Part shown: one piece after another, positions 1-28,717 of the stretch
Position numbering within the stretch: the stretch's first letter is position 1
Layout of the letters: the number at the start of each line of letters is the position of its first letter
Translations under genes and position numbers: made by a program
Notes under the pieces: generated by a model
Database searches by the model: none
What the model was told of the DNA's origin: nothing
What the model saw: the letters and a program-made list of their open reading frames with translations, nothing else
Origin: the human T2T-CHM13v2.0 reference genome, Homo sapiens
NCBI RefSeq assembly: GCF_009914755.1
Contig: NC_060942.1
DNA: 64,000 bases
Direction: 5' to 3' (one strand)

Positions 1-3000
1 ATAGCTCTGAGGATTTCGTTGGAGACGGGAATACATAAAGAATGTAGACAGCAGCATTCTCAGGAGATTCTTTGTGATGTTTGCTTTTAAGTCACAGAGT
101 TGAATATTCCCTTCAATAGAGCAGGTTTGAAACACTCTTTCTGTAGTATCTGGAAGTGGACATTTCGATCGATTTCAGGCCTATGTTGAAAAAGGAAATA
201 CCTTAACATAAAAACTAGACAGAAGCATTCTCAGAAACGTCTTTGTGATGTGTGTCCTCAACTAACAGAGTTCAACCTTTCTTATGATACAGCAGTTGGG
301 AAACACTCTTTTTATAGAATTTGCAAGTTGATACATGGATAGCCCTAACTATTTCGTTGGAAACGGGAATATCTTCATATAAAACCTAGGCAGAAGCACT
401 CTCAGAAACTACATTGTGATATCTGCATTGATATCAGAGAGTTGAATATTCCCTTTCTAAGGACAGGCTTGAAAGCGTCTTTTTGTGGAATCTGCAGGAG
501 GATATTTGGATAGCTTGGAGGGTTACGTTGGAAACGGGATTACATATACAAAGTAGACAGCAGCATTCTCAGAAGCTTCTTTGTGATGTTTGCGTTTAAG
601 TCACAGAGTTGAACGTTCCCTTTCATAGAGCAGGTTTCAAACCCTCTTTCTGCAGTATCTGGAAGTGGACATTTCGAGCGCTTTCAGGCCCATGGTGAAC
701 AAGGAAATATCTTCCCATGCAAACTAGACAGAAGCATTCGCAGAAACTTGTTTGTGATGTGTGTCCTCAACTCAGGGAGTTGAACATTTCGTTTGACAGA
801 GCAGTTTGGAAACACGATTTTTGTAGAATCTGCAAGTGGATATTTGGATGGCTTTGTGGATTTCGTTGGAAACGGGAGTATCTTCACAGACAACCTAGAC
901 AGTAACATGCTCAGAAACTGCTTTGTGATATCTGCATTCACGTCACAGAGTTGAACATTCCCTTTCATAGAGCAGGTTTGAAACACACTTTCTGTAGTAT
1001 CTGGATGTGGGCACTTGGAGCGCTTGGACGCTTATGGTGAAAAAGGACAGATCGTCCCATAAAAACTGGACAGAAGCATTCTCACAAACTGCTTTGTGAC
1101 GTATGTCTTCAACTAACAGAGTTGAACATTTCTATTCACAGAGCAGTTTTGAAAGACTCTTTTGGAGTATCTGCTAGTGGATATTTGGAGAGCTTTAAGG
1201 ATTTCATTGGAAACCGGAATATCTTCAGGTAAAATCTAGACAGAGGCATTCTCAGAAACTTCTTCGTAATGTGTGTCCTCAACTAACAGTGTACAACCTA
1301 TCTTTTGATACAGCACGTTGGAAACACTCTTTTTATAGAATCTGCAAGTGGATAGTTGGATAGCTCTAAAGATTTCGTTGGAAACGGGAATACCTTCAAA
1401 TAAAATCTAGACAGTGGCACTCTCAGAAACTGCTTTGTGATATCTGCATTCAAGCCACAGAGTTGAACATTTCCCTTCCTAAAGCAGGTTTGAAACACTC
1501 TTTTTGTCGTATCTGGAAGTGGACATTTGGAGCACTTTGACGCCTTTGGTGAAAAAGGAAATGTCTTCCAATCAAAACTAGACAGAAGCATTCTAAGAAA
1601 CATTTTTGGGATATATGTACTCAACTAACAGAGTTGAACCTTTCTCTTTATAGATCAGTTTTGGAAAGCTCTTTATGTGGAATCTGCAGATGGATATTCG
1701 GATAGCTCTGAGGATTTCGTTGGAGACGGGAATACATAAAGAATGTAGACAGCAGCATTCTCAGGAGATTCTTTGTGATGTTTGCTTTTAAGTCACAGAG
1801 TTGAATATTCCCTTCAATAGAGCAGGTTTGAAACACTCTTTCTGTAGTATCTGGAAGTGGACATTTCGATCGATTTCAGGCCTATGTTGAAAAAGGAAAT
1901 ACCTTAACATCAAAACTAGAAAGAAGCATTCTCAGAAACGTCTTTGTGATGTGTGTCCTCAACTAACAGAGTTCAACCTTTCTTATGATACAGCAGTTTG
2001 GAAGCACTCTTTTTATAGAATTTGCAAGTTGATACATGGATAGCCCTAACTATTTCGTTGGAAACGGGAATATCTTCATATAAAACCTAGGCAGAAGCAC
2101 TCTCAGAAACTACTTTGTGATATCTGCATTGATATCAGAGAGTTGAATATTCCCTTTCTAAGGGCAGGCTTGAAAGCGTCTTTTTGTGGAATCTGCAGGA
2201 GGATATTTGGATACCTTGGAGGGTTACGTTGGAAACGGGATTACATATACAAAGTAGACAGCAGCATTCTCAGAAGCTTCTTTGTGATGTTTGCGTTTAA
2301 GTCACAGAGTTGAACGTTCCCTTTCATAGAGCAGGTTTCAAACCCTCTTTCTGCAGTATCTGGAAGTGGACATTTCGAGCGCTTTCAGGCCCATGGTGAA
2401 CAAGGAAATATCTTCCCATGCAAACTAGACAGAAGCATTCGCAGAAACTTGTTTGTGATGTGTGTCCTCAACTCAGGGAGTTGAACATTTCGTTTGACAG
2501 AGCAGTTTGGAAACACGATTTTTGTAGAATCTGCAAGTGGATATTTGGATGGCTTTGTGGATTTCGTTGGAAACGGGAGTATCTTCATAGACAACCTAGA
2601 CAGTAACATGCTCAGAAACTGTTTTGTGATATCTGCATTCACGTCACAGAGTTGAACATTCCCTTTCATAGAGCAGGTTTGAAACACACTTTCTGTAGTA
2701 TCTGGATGTGGGCACTTGGAGCGCTTGGACGCTTATGGTGAAAAAGGACAGATCGTCCCATAAAAACTGGACAGAAGCATTCTCACAAACTGCTTTGTGA
2801 CGTATGTCTTCAACTAACAGAGTTGAACCTTTCTATTCACAGAGCAGTTTTGAAAGACTCTTTTGGAGTATCTGCTAGTGGATATTTGGAGAGCTTTAAG
2901 GATTTCATTGGAAACCGGAATATCTTCAGGTAAAATCTAGACAGAGGCATTCTCAGAAACTTCTTCGTAATGTGTGTCCTCAACTAACAGTGTACAACCT

Positions 3001-6000
3001 ATCTTTTGATACAGCACGTTGGAAACACTCTTTTTATAGAATCTGCAAGTGGATAGTTGGATAGCTCTAACGATTTCGTTGGAAACGGGAATACCTTCAT
3101 ATAAAATCTAGACAGTGGCACTCTCAGAAACTGCTTTGTGATATCTGCATTCAAGCCACAGAGTTGAACATTTCCCTTCCTAAAGCAGGTTTGAAACACT
3201 CTTTTTGTCGTATCTGGAAGTGGACATTTGGAGCACTTTGACACCTTTGGTGAAAAAGGAAATGTCTTCCCATCAAAACTAGACAGAAGCATTCTAAGAA
3301 ACATTTTTGGGATATATGTACTCAACTAACAGAGTTGAACCTTTCTCTTTATAGATCAGTTTTGGAAAGCTCTTTATGTGGAATCTGCAGATGGATATTC
3401 GGATAGCTCTGAGGATTTCGATGGAGACGGGAATACATAAAGAAAGTAGACAGCAGCATTCTCAGGAGATTCTTTGTGATGTTTGCTTTTAAGTCACAGA
3501 GTTGAATATTCCCTTCAATAGAGCAGGTTTGAAACACTCTTTCTGTAGTATCTGGAAGTGGACATTTCGATCGATTTCAGGCCTATGTTGAAAAAGGAAA
3601 TACCTTAACATAAAAACTAGACAGAAACATTCTCAGAAACGTCTTTGTGATGTGTGTCCTCAACTAACAGAGTTCAACCTTTCTTATGATACAGCAGTTT
3701 GGAAACACTCTTTTTATAGAATTTGCAAGTTGATACATGGATAGCCCTAACTATTTCGTTGGAAACGGGAATATCTTCATATAAAACCTAGGCAGAAGCA
3801 CTCTCAGAAACTACATTGTGATATCTGCATTGATATCAGAGAGTTGAATATTCCCTTTCTAAGGGCAGGCTTGAAAGCGTCTTTTCGTGGAATCTGCAGG
3901 AGGATATTTGGATAGCTTGGAGGGTTACGTTGGAAACGGGATTACATATACAAAGTAGACAGCAGCATTCTCAGAAGCTTCTTTGTGATGTTTGCGTTTA
4001 AGTCACAGAGTTGAACGTTCCCTTTCATAGAGCAGGTTTCAAACCCTCTTTCTGCAGTATCTGGAAGTGGACATTTCGAGCGCTTTCAGGCCCATGGTGA
4101 ACAAGGAAATATCTTCCCATGCAAACTAGACAGAAGCATTCGCAGAAACTTGTTTGTGATGTGTGTCCTCAACTCACGGAGTTGAACATTTCGTTTGACA
4201 GAGCAGTTTGGAAACACGATTTTTGTAGAATCTGCAAGTGGATATTTGGATGGCTTTGTGGATTTCGTTGGAAACGGGAGTATCTTCACAGACAACCTAG
4301 ACAGTAACATGCTCAGAAACTGCTTTGTGATATCTGCATTCACGTCACAGAGTTGAACATTCCGTTTCATAGAGCAGGTTTGAAACACACTTTCTGTAGT
4401 ATCTGGATGTGGGCACTTGGAGCGCTTGGACGCTTATGGTGAAAAAGGACATATCGTCCCATAAAAACTGGACAGAAGCATTCTCACAAACTGCTTTGTG
4501 ACGTATGTCTTCAACTAACAGAGTTGAACATTTCTATTTACAGAGCAGTTTTGAAAGACTCTTTTGGAGTATCTGCTAGTGGATATTTGGAGAGCTTTAA
4601 GGATTTCATTGGAAACCGGAATATCTTCAGGTAAAATCTAGACAGAGGCATTCTCAGAAACTTCTTCGTAATGTGTGTCCTTAACTAACAGTGTACAACC
4701 TATCTTTTGATACAGCACGTTGGAAACACTCTTTTTATAGAATCTGCAAGTGGATAGTTGGATAGCTCTAAAGATTTCGTTGGAAACGGGAATACCTTCA
4801 TATAAAATCTAGACAGTGGCACTCTCAGAAACTGCTTTGTGATATCTGCATTCAAGCCACAGAGTTGAACATTTCCCTTCCTAAAGCAGGTTTGAAACAC
4901 TCTTTTTGTCGTATCTGGAAGTGGACATTTGGAGCACTTTGACGCCTTTGGTGAAAAAGGAAATGTCTTCCCATCAAAACTAGACAGAAGCATTCTAAGA
5001 AACATTTTTGGGATATATGTACTCAACTAACAGAGTTGAACCTTTCTCTTTATAGATCAGTTTTGGAAAGCTCTTTATGTGGAATCTGCAGATGGATATT
5101 CGGATAGCTCTGAGGATTTCGTTGGAGACGGGAATACATAAAGAAAGTAGACAGCAGCAATCTCAGGAGATTCTTTGTGATGTTTGCTTTTAAGTCACAG
5201 AGTTGAATATTCCCTTCAATAGAGCAGGTTTGAAACACTCTTTCTGTAGTATCTGGAAGTGGACATTTCGATCGATTTCAGGCCTATGTTGAAAAAGGAA
5301 ATACCTTAACATAAAAACTAGACAGAAGCATTCTCAGAAACGTCTTTGTGATGTGTGTCCTCAACTAACAGAGTTCAACCTTTCTTATGATACAGCAGTT
5401 TGGAAACACTCTTTTTATAGAATTTGCAAGTTGATACATGGATAGCCCTAACTATTTCGTTGGAAACGGGAATATCTTCATATAAAACCTAGGCAGAAGC
5501 ACTCTCAGAAACTACTTTGTGATATCTGCATTGATATCAGAGAGTTGAATATTCCCTTTCTAAGGGCAGGCTTGAAAGCGTCTTTTTGTGGAATCTGCAG
5601 GAGGATATTTGGATAGCTTTGAGGGTTACGTTGGAAACGGGATTACATATACAAAGTAGACAGGAGCATTCTCAGAAGCTTCTTTGTGATGTTTGCGTTT
5701 AAGTCACAGAGTTGAACGTTCCCTTTCATAGAGCAGGTTTCAAACCCTCTTTCTGCAGTATCTGGAAGTGGACATTTCGAGCGCTTTCAGGCCCATGGTG
5801 AACAAGGAAATATCTTCCCAAGCAAACTAGACAGAAGCATTCGCAGAAACTTGATTGTGATGTGTGTCCTCAACTCACGGAGTTGAACATTTCGTTTGAC
5901 AGAGCAGTTTGGAAACACGATTTTTGTAGAATCTGCAAGTGGATATTTGGATGGCTTTGTGGATTTCGTTGGAAACGGGAGTATCTTCACAGACAACCTA

Positions 6001-8030
6001 GACAGTAACATGCTCAGAAACTGCTTTGTGATATCTGCATTCACGTCACAGAGTTGAACATTCCCTTTCATAGAGCAGGTTTGAAACACACTTTCTGTAG
6101 TATCTGGATGTGGGCACTTGGAGCGCTTGGACGCTTATGGTGAAAAAGGACAGATCGTCCCATAAAAACTGGACAGAAGCATTCTCACAAACTGCTTTGT
6201 GACGTATGTCTTCAACTAACAGAGTTGAACATTTCTATTCACAGAGCAGTTTTGAAAGACTCTTTTGGAGTATCTGCTAGTGGATATTTGGAGAGCTTTA
6301 AGGATTTCATTGGAAACCGGAATATCTTCAGGTAAAATCTAGACAGAGGCATTCTCAGAAACTTCTTCGTAATGTGTGTCCTCAACTAACAGTGTACAAC
6401 CTATCTTTTGATACAGCACGTTGGAAACACTCTTTTTATAGAATCTGCAAGTGGATAGTTGGATAGCTCTAAAGATTTCGTTGGAAACGGGAATACCTTC
6501 AAATAAAATCTAGACAGTGGCACTCTCAGAAACTGCTTTGTGATATCTGCATTCAAGCCACAGAGTTGAACATTTCCCTTCCTAAAGCAGGTTTGAAACA
6601 CTCTTTTTGTCGTATCTGGAAGTGGACATTTGGAGCACTTTGACGCCTTTGGTGAAAAAGGAAATGTCTTCCAATCAAAACTAGACAGAAGCATTCTAAG
6701 AAACATTTTTGGGATATATGTACTCAACTAACAGAGTTGAACCTTTCTCTTTATAGATCAGTTTTGGAAAGCTCTTTATGTGGAATCTGCAGATGGATAT
6801 TCGGATAGCTCTGAGGATTTCGTTGGAGACGGGAATACATAAAGAATGTAGACAGCAGCATTCTCAGGAGATTCTTTGTGATGTTTGCTTTTAAGTCACA
6901 GAGTTGAATATTCCCTTCAATAGAGCAGGTTTGAAACACTCTTTCTGTAGTATCTGGAAGTGGACATTTCGATCGATTTCAGGCCTATGTTGAAAAAGGA
7001 AATACCTTAACATCAAAACTAGAAAGAAGCATTCTCAGAAACGTCTTTGTGATGTGTGTCCTCAACTAACAGAGTTCAACCTTTCTTATGATACAGCAGT
7101 TTGGAAACACTCTTTTTATAGAATTTGCAAGTTGATACATGGATAGCCCTAACTATTTCGTTGGAAACGGGAATATCTTCATATAAAACCTAGGCAGAAG
7201 CACTCTCAGAAACTACTTTGTGATATCTGCATTGATATCAGAGAGTTGAATATTCCCTTTCTAAGGGCAGGCTTGAAAGCGTCTTTTTGTGGAATCTGCA
7301 GGAGGATATTTGGATACCTTGGAGGGTTACGTTGGAAACGGGATTACATATACAAAGTAGACAGCAGCATTCTCAGAAGCTTCTTTGTGATGTTTGCGTT
7401 TAAGTCACAGAGTTGAACGTTCCCTTTCATAGAGCAGGTTTCAAACCCTCTTTCTGCAGTATCTGGAAGTGGACATTTCGAGCGCTTTCAGGCCCATGGT
7501 GAACAAGGAAATATCTTCCCATGCAAACTAGACAGAAGCATTCGCAGAAACTTGTTTGTGATGTGTGTCCTCAACTCAGGGAGTTGAACATTTCGTTTGA
7601 CAGAGCAGTTTGGAAACACGATTTTTGTAGAATCTGCAAGTGGATATTTGGATGGCTTTGTGGATTTCGTTGGAAACGGGAGTATCTTCATAGACAACCT
7701 AGACAGTAACATGCTCAGAAACTGTTTTGTGATATCTGCATTCACGTCACAGAGTTGAACATTCCCTTTCATAGAGCAGGTTTGAAACACACTTTCTGTA
7801 GTATCTGGATGTGGGCACTTGGAGCGCTTGGACGCTTATGGTGAAAAAGGACAGATCGTCCCATAAAAACTGGACAGAAGCATTCTCACAAACTGCTTTG
7901 TGACGTATGTCTTCAACTAACAGAGTTGAACCTTTCTATTCACAGAGCAGTTTTGAAAGACTCTTTTGGAGTATCTGCTAGTGGATATTTGGAGAGCTTT
8001 AAGGATTTCATTGGAAACCGGAATATCTTC
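1..8030 (+). repeat. Alpha-satellite homogeneous higher-order repeat, 10-mer, 1701-bp period (SF2; D18Z2/S2C18H2-like, tentative), ~4.7 copies
   Basis: Monomer starts (CATTCTCAG-type) at 55, 226, 397, 564, 735, 906, 1077, 1247, 1418, 1589, then 1756. Near-identical ORFs recur at 684/2385/4086/5787/7488 (step 1701). Copies differ by only a few SNPs. Alpha-satellite identity is certain; the locus name is from memory. Confidence 0.95.
352..368 (+). promoter_or_regulatory. CENP-B box (representative of family A; others in this unit at 861-877, 1373-1389, 1715-1731)
   Basis: TTTCGTTGGAAACGGGA fits NTTCGNNNNANNCGGGN. Four intact boxes per 1701-bp unit; degenerate ones at 523-539 and 1202-1218. Confidence 0.93.
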
Positions 8031-23683
<15,653 letters not shown>

Positions 23684-23726
23684 ACAATGAGATCACATGG
23701 ACACAGGAAGGGGAATATCACACTCT

Positions 23727-23760
23727 GGGGACTGTGGTGGGGTCGGGGGAGGGGGGAGGG
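23727..23760 (+). other. L1 3'UTR G-rich tract (potential G-quadruplex)
   Basis: GGGGACTGTGGTGGGGTCGGGGGAGGGGGGAGGG has five runs of three or more G; a known feature of young L1 3'UTRs. Confidence 0.75.
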
Positions 23761-23888
23761 ATAGCATTGGGAGATATACCTAATGCTAGATGACACATTA
23801 GTGGGTGCAGTGCACCACCATGGCACATGTATACATATGTAACTAACCTGCACAATGTGCACATGTACCCTAAAACTTAGAGTATAAT

Positions 23889-23894
23889 AATAAA
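23889..23894 (+). terminator. L1 polyadenylation signal AATAAA
   Basis: AATAAA at the start of the A tail (GTATAATAATAAAAA...). Confidence 0.7.
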
Positions 23895-23906
23895 AAAAAA
23901 AAAAAA

Positions 23907-23917
23907 AAAAACTAGAC
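23907..23917 (+). repeat. L1 target-site duplication, 3' copy
   Basis: AAAAACTAGAC merges with the poly-A; the satellite resumes in register (AGAAG CATTC.. monomer A2). Confidence 0.88.
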
Positions 23918-26900
23918 AGAAGCATTCACAGAAATTTCTTTGTGATGTGGGTCCTCAACTAACAGAGTTCAACCTTTCTTATGATACAGCAGCTTGGAAA
24001 CACTCTTTTTATACAATTTGCAACTGGATATATGGATAGCTCTAACTATTTCTTTGGAAAGGGGAATATCTTCATATAAAATATAGACAGAAGCACTCTC
24101 AGAAACTAATTTGTGATATCTGCATTCATATCACAGAGTTGAATATTCCCTTTCTAAGAGCGGGTTTGAAACCGTCTTTCTGTGGAATCTGCAGGAGGAT
24201 ATTTGGATAGCTTTGAGGATTTCGTTGGAAACGGGATTACATATACAAAGTAGACAGCAGCATTCTCAGAAGCTTCTTTGTGATGTTTGATTTTAAGTCA
24301 CACAGTTGAACATTCCCTTTCGTAGAGCAGGTTTCAAACACTCTTTCTGTAGTATCTGGAAGTGGACATTTCGAGCGCTTTCAGGCCCATGGAGAACAAG
24401 GAAATATCTTCCCATGAAACCTAGACAGAAGCATTCGCAGAAACGTGTTTGTGATGTGCGTCCTCAACTCACAGAGTTGAACATTTCTTTGGACAGAGCA
24501 GTTTGGAAACACGCTTTTTGTAGAATCTGCAATTGGATATTTGGATAGCTTTGTGGATTTCGTTGGAAAGGGGAGTATCTTCATAGAAAACATAGACAGA
24601 AACATTATCAGAAACTGCTTGGTGATATCTGCATTCACGTCACAGAGTTGAACATTCCCTTTCATAGAGCAGGTATGAAACAATCTTTCTGTAGTATCTG
24701 GATGTGGACACTTGGAGCGCTTGGACGCTTACGGTGGAAAACGAAATATCTTCACATAAAAACTAGACAGAAGCATTCTCACAAACTGGTTTGTGATGTA
24801 TGTCCTCAAATAACAGAGTTGAATATTTCTATTTACAGAGCAGTTTTGAAAGACTCTTTTTGGAGAATCTGCAAGTGGATATTTGGAGAGCTTTAAGGAT
24901 TTCATTGGAAACCGGAATATCTTCAGGTAAAATCTAGACAGAGGCATTCTCAGAAACCTGTTTGTGATGTGTGTCCTCAACTATCAAAGTACAACCTGTC
25001 TTTTGATACAGGAGTTTCATAACACTCTTTTTGTAGAATCTGCAAGAGGATATTTGGATATCTCTAACGTTTTCGTTGGAAACGGGAATACCTTCATATA
25101 AAATCTAGACAGCGGCACTCTCAGAAACTGCTTTGTGATATCTACATTCAAGTCACAGAGTTGAACATTCCCTTTCTTAGAGCAGGTTTGAAACACTCTT
25201 TTGGTAGTATCTGGAAGTGGAAATTTGGAGCGCTTTGACGCCTTTGGTGAAAAAGGAAATGTCTTCCCATCAAAACTAGACAGAAGCATTCTAAGAAACT
25301 TCTTTGGGATATATGTACTCAACTCACAGAGTTGAACCTTTCTCTTTATAGATCAGTTTTGAAAAGCTCCTTTTGTGGAATCTGCAAATGGATATTAGGA
25401 TAGCTCTGAGGATTTCATGGGAGACGGGAATAAATATAAAAAGTAGACATCAGCATTCTCAGGAGCTTCTTTGTGATATTTGCTTTTAAGTCACTGAGTG
25501 GAATATTCCCTTTCATAGAGCAGGTTTGAAACACACTTTCTGTAGCATGTGGAAGGGGACATTTCGACTGATTTCATGCCTATGTTGAAAAAGTAAATAC
25601 CTTCCCATGCAAACTAGACAGAAGCTTTCGCAGAAACTTGTTTGTGATGTGTATCCTCAACTCACAGAGTTGAACATTTCATTGGACAGAGCAGTTTCGA
25701 AACACGCTTTTTGTAGAATCTGCAAGTGGCTATTTGGATAGCTTTATGGATTTCGTTGGAAACGGGAATACCTTCACATAAAATCTAGACAGTGGCACTC
25801 TCCGAAACTGCTTTGTGATATCTGCATTCAAGTCACAGAGTTGAACATTCCCTTTCATAGAGCAGGTTTGAAACACTATTTCTGTAGTATCTGGATCTGG
25901 ACACTTGGAGCGCGTGGACGCTTACGGTGAAAAAGGAAATATCTTCCCATAAAAACAAGACAGAAGCATTCACACAAACTGGTTTGTGATGTTTGTCCTC
26001 AACTAACAGAGTTGAACATTTCAATTTACAGAACAGTTTTGAAAGTCTCTTTTTGGAGAATCTGCAAGTGGATATTTGGAGAGCTGTAATTGAAAAGCTT
26101 TAAGGATTTCATTGGGAAGCAGAATATCCTCAGGTAAAAAGTAGACAGAGGCATTCTCAGAAAATTCTTTGTGATGTGTGTCCTCAACTAACAGAGTACA
26201 ACCTGTCTTTTGATACAGCAGTTTGGAAACACTCTTTTTCCAGAATCTGCAAGTGGAAATTTGGATAGCTCTAACGATTTCGTTGGAAACGGGAATACCT
26301 TCATATGAAATCTAGACAGTGGCACTCTCAGAAACTGCTTTGTGATATCTGCTTTCAAGTCACAGAGTTCAACATTTCCTTTCATAAAGCAGGTTTAAAA
26401 CACTCTTTTGGTAGTATCTGGAAGTGGACATTTGGAGAACTTTGACGCCTTTGGTGAAAAAGGAAATGTCTTCACATCAAAACTAGACCGAAGCATTCTA
26501 AGAAACTTCTTTGGGATATATGTACTCAACTCACAGAGTTGAACCTTTCTCTTTAGAGATCAGTTTTGAAAAGCTCTTTGTGTGGAATCTGCAAATGGAT
26601 ATTAGGATAGCTCTGAGGATTTCGTTGGAGACGGGATTATATATAAAAAGTAGACAGCAGCATTCTCAGGAGCTTCTTTGTGATGTTTGCTTTTAAGTCA
26701 CAGAGTTGAATATTCCCTTCCATACAGCAGGTTTGAAAAACTCTTTCTGTCGTATCTGGAAGTGGACATTTCGGGCGATTTCAGGCCTATGTGGAAAAAG
26801 GAAATATCTTCCCATAAAAACTAGACAGAACCATTCTCAGAAACTTCTTTGTGATGTGGGTCCTCAACTAACAGAGTTCAACCTTTCTTATGATACAGCA

Positions 26901-28717
26901 GCTTGGAAACACACTTTTTATACAATTTGCAACTGGATATATGAATAGCTCTAACTATTTCATTGGAAACGGGAATATCTTCATATAAAATCTCCACAGA
27001 AGCACTCTCAGAAACTACTTTGTGATATCTGCATTCATATCACAGAGTTGAATATTCCCTTTCTAAGAGCAGGTTTGAAACCGACTTTCTGTGGAATCTG
27101 CAGGAGGATATTTAGATAGCTTTGAGGATTTCTTTGGAATCGGGATTACATACACAAAGTAGACAGCAGCATTCTCAAAAGCTTCTTTGTGATGTTTGCT
27201 TTTAAGTAACAGAGTTGAACATTCCCTTTCATAGAGCAGGTTTCAAACACTCTTTCTGTAGTATCTGGAAGTGGACATTTCGAGGGCTTTCAGGCCTATG
27301 GTGAACAAGGAAATATCTTCCCATGAAAACTAGACAGAAGCTTTCGCAGTAACCTGTTTGTGATGTGTGTCCTCAACTCACAGAGTTGAACATTTCGTTG
27401 GACAGAGCAGTTTGGAACATGCTTTTTGTAGAATCTGCAAGTGGATATTTGGATAGCTTTGTGGATTTCGTTGGAAACGGGAGTATCTTCATATACAACC
27501 TAGACAGAATCATTCTCAGAAACTGCTTTGTGATATCTGCATTCACGTCACAGAGTTGAACATTCCTTTTCATAGAGCAGGTTTGAAACACTCTTTCTGT
27601 AGTATCTGGATCTGGACACTTGGAGCGCTTGGACGCTTACGGTGAAAAAGGAAATATCTTCCCATAAAAACTAGACAGAAGCATTCTCACAAACTGGTTT
27701 GTGATGTATGTCCTCAACTAACAGAGTTGAACATTTCAATTTACAGAGCAGTTTTGAAAGACTCTATGTGGAGAATCTGCAAGTGGATATTCGGAGAGCT
27801 TTTATTGAAGAGCTTTAAGGATTTTATTGGGAACCGGAATATCTTCAGGTAAAAACTAGACAGAGGCATTCTCAGAAATTTCTTTGTGATGTGTGTACTC
27901 ACCGACCAGAGTACAACCTGTCTTTTGATACAGCAGTTTGGAAACACTCTTTTTACAGAATCTGCAAGTGGATATTTGGATAGCTCTAACGATTTCGTGG
28001 GAAACGGGAACACCTTCATATAAAATCTAGACAGTGGCACTCTCAGAAACTGCTTTGTGATATCTGCATTCAAGTCACAGAGTTCAACATTTCCTTTCTT
28101 AAAGCAGGTTTAAAACACTCTTTTGGTAGTATCTGGAAGTGGACATTTGGAGCACTTTGACGCCTTTGGTGAAAAAGGAAATGTCTTCACATCAAAACTA
28201 GACCGAAGCATTCTAAGAAACTTCTTTGGGATATATGTACTCAACTAACAGAGTTGAACCTTTCTCTTTATAGATCAGTTTTGAAAAGCTCTTTGTGTGG
28301 AATCTGCAAATGGTTATTAGGATAGCTCTGAGGATTTCGTTGGAGACGGGATTACATATAAAAAGTAGACAGCAGCATTCTCAGGAGATTCTTTGTGATG
28401 TTTGCTTTTAAGTCACAGAGTTGAATATTCCCTTCCATAGAGCAGGTTTGAAACACTCTTTCTGTAGTATCTGGAAGTGGACATTTCGGGCGATTTCAGG
28501 CCTATGTGGAAAAAGGAAATATCTTCCCATAAAAACTAGACAGAAGCATTCTCAGAAACTTCTTTGTGATGTGGGTCCTCAACTAACAGAGTTCAACTTT
28601 TCTTATGATACAGCAGCTTGAAAACACACTTTTTATAGAATTTGCAACTGGATACATGGATAGCTCTAACTATCTCGTTGGAAACGGGAATATCTTCATA
28701 TAAAATCTCCACAGAAG
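23918..28717 (+). repeat. Divergent family-A alpha-satellite HORs (right of the L1), including two sister copies 1715 bp apart
   Basis: Monomer order A2..A10 continues. ORFs at 26706 and 28421 are offset by 1715, matching a shared 14-bp insertion. Confidence 0.9.

Noticed and set aside
166-173. Short palindromes (TCGATCGA, GAGCGCTT, GAATTC) as regulatory sites
   Set aside because: They are 6-8 bp motifs propagated passively by HOR amplification, with no evidence of function.
55-1755. 10-mer as a duplicated pentamer (ABBAB x2) or SF3-type array
   Set aside because: The box-type pattern repeats every five monomers but sequence similarity does not (A1~A4, A6~A9, A2~A8 rather than A1~A6), and the monomers are D-type.
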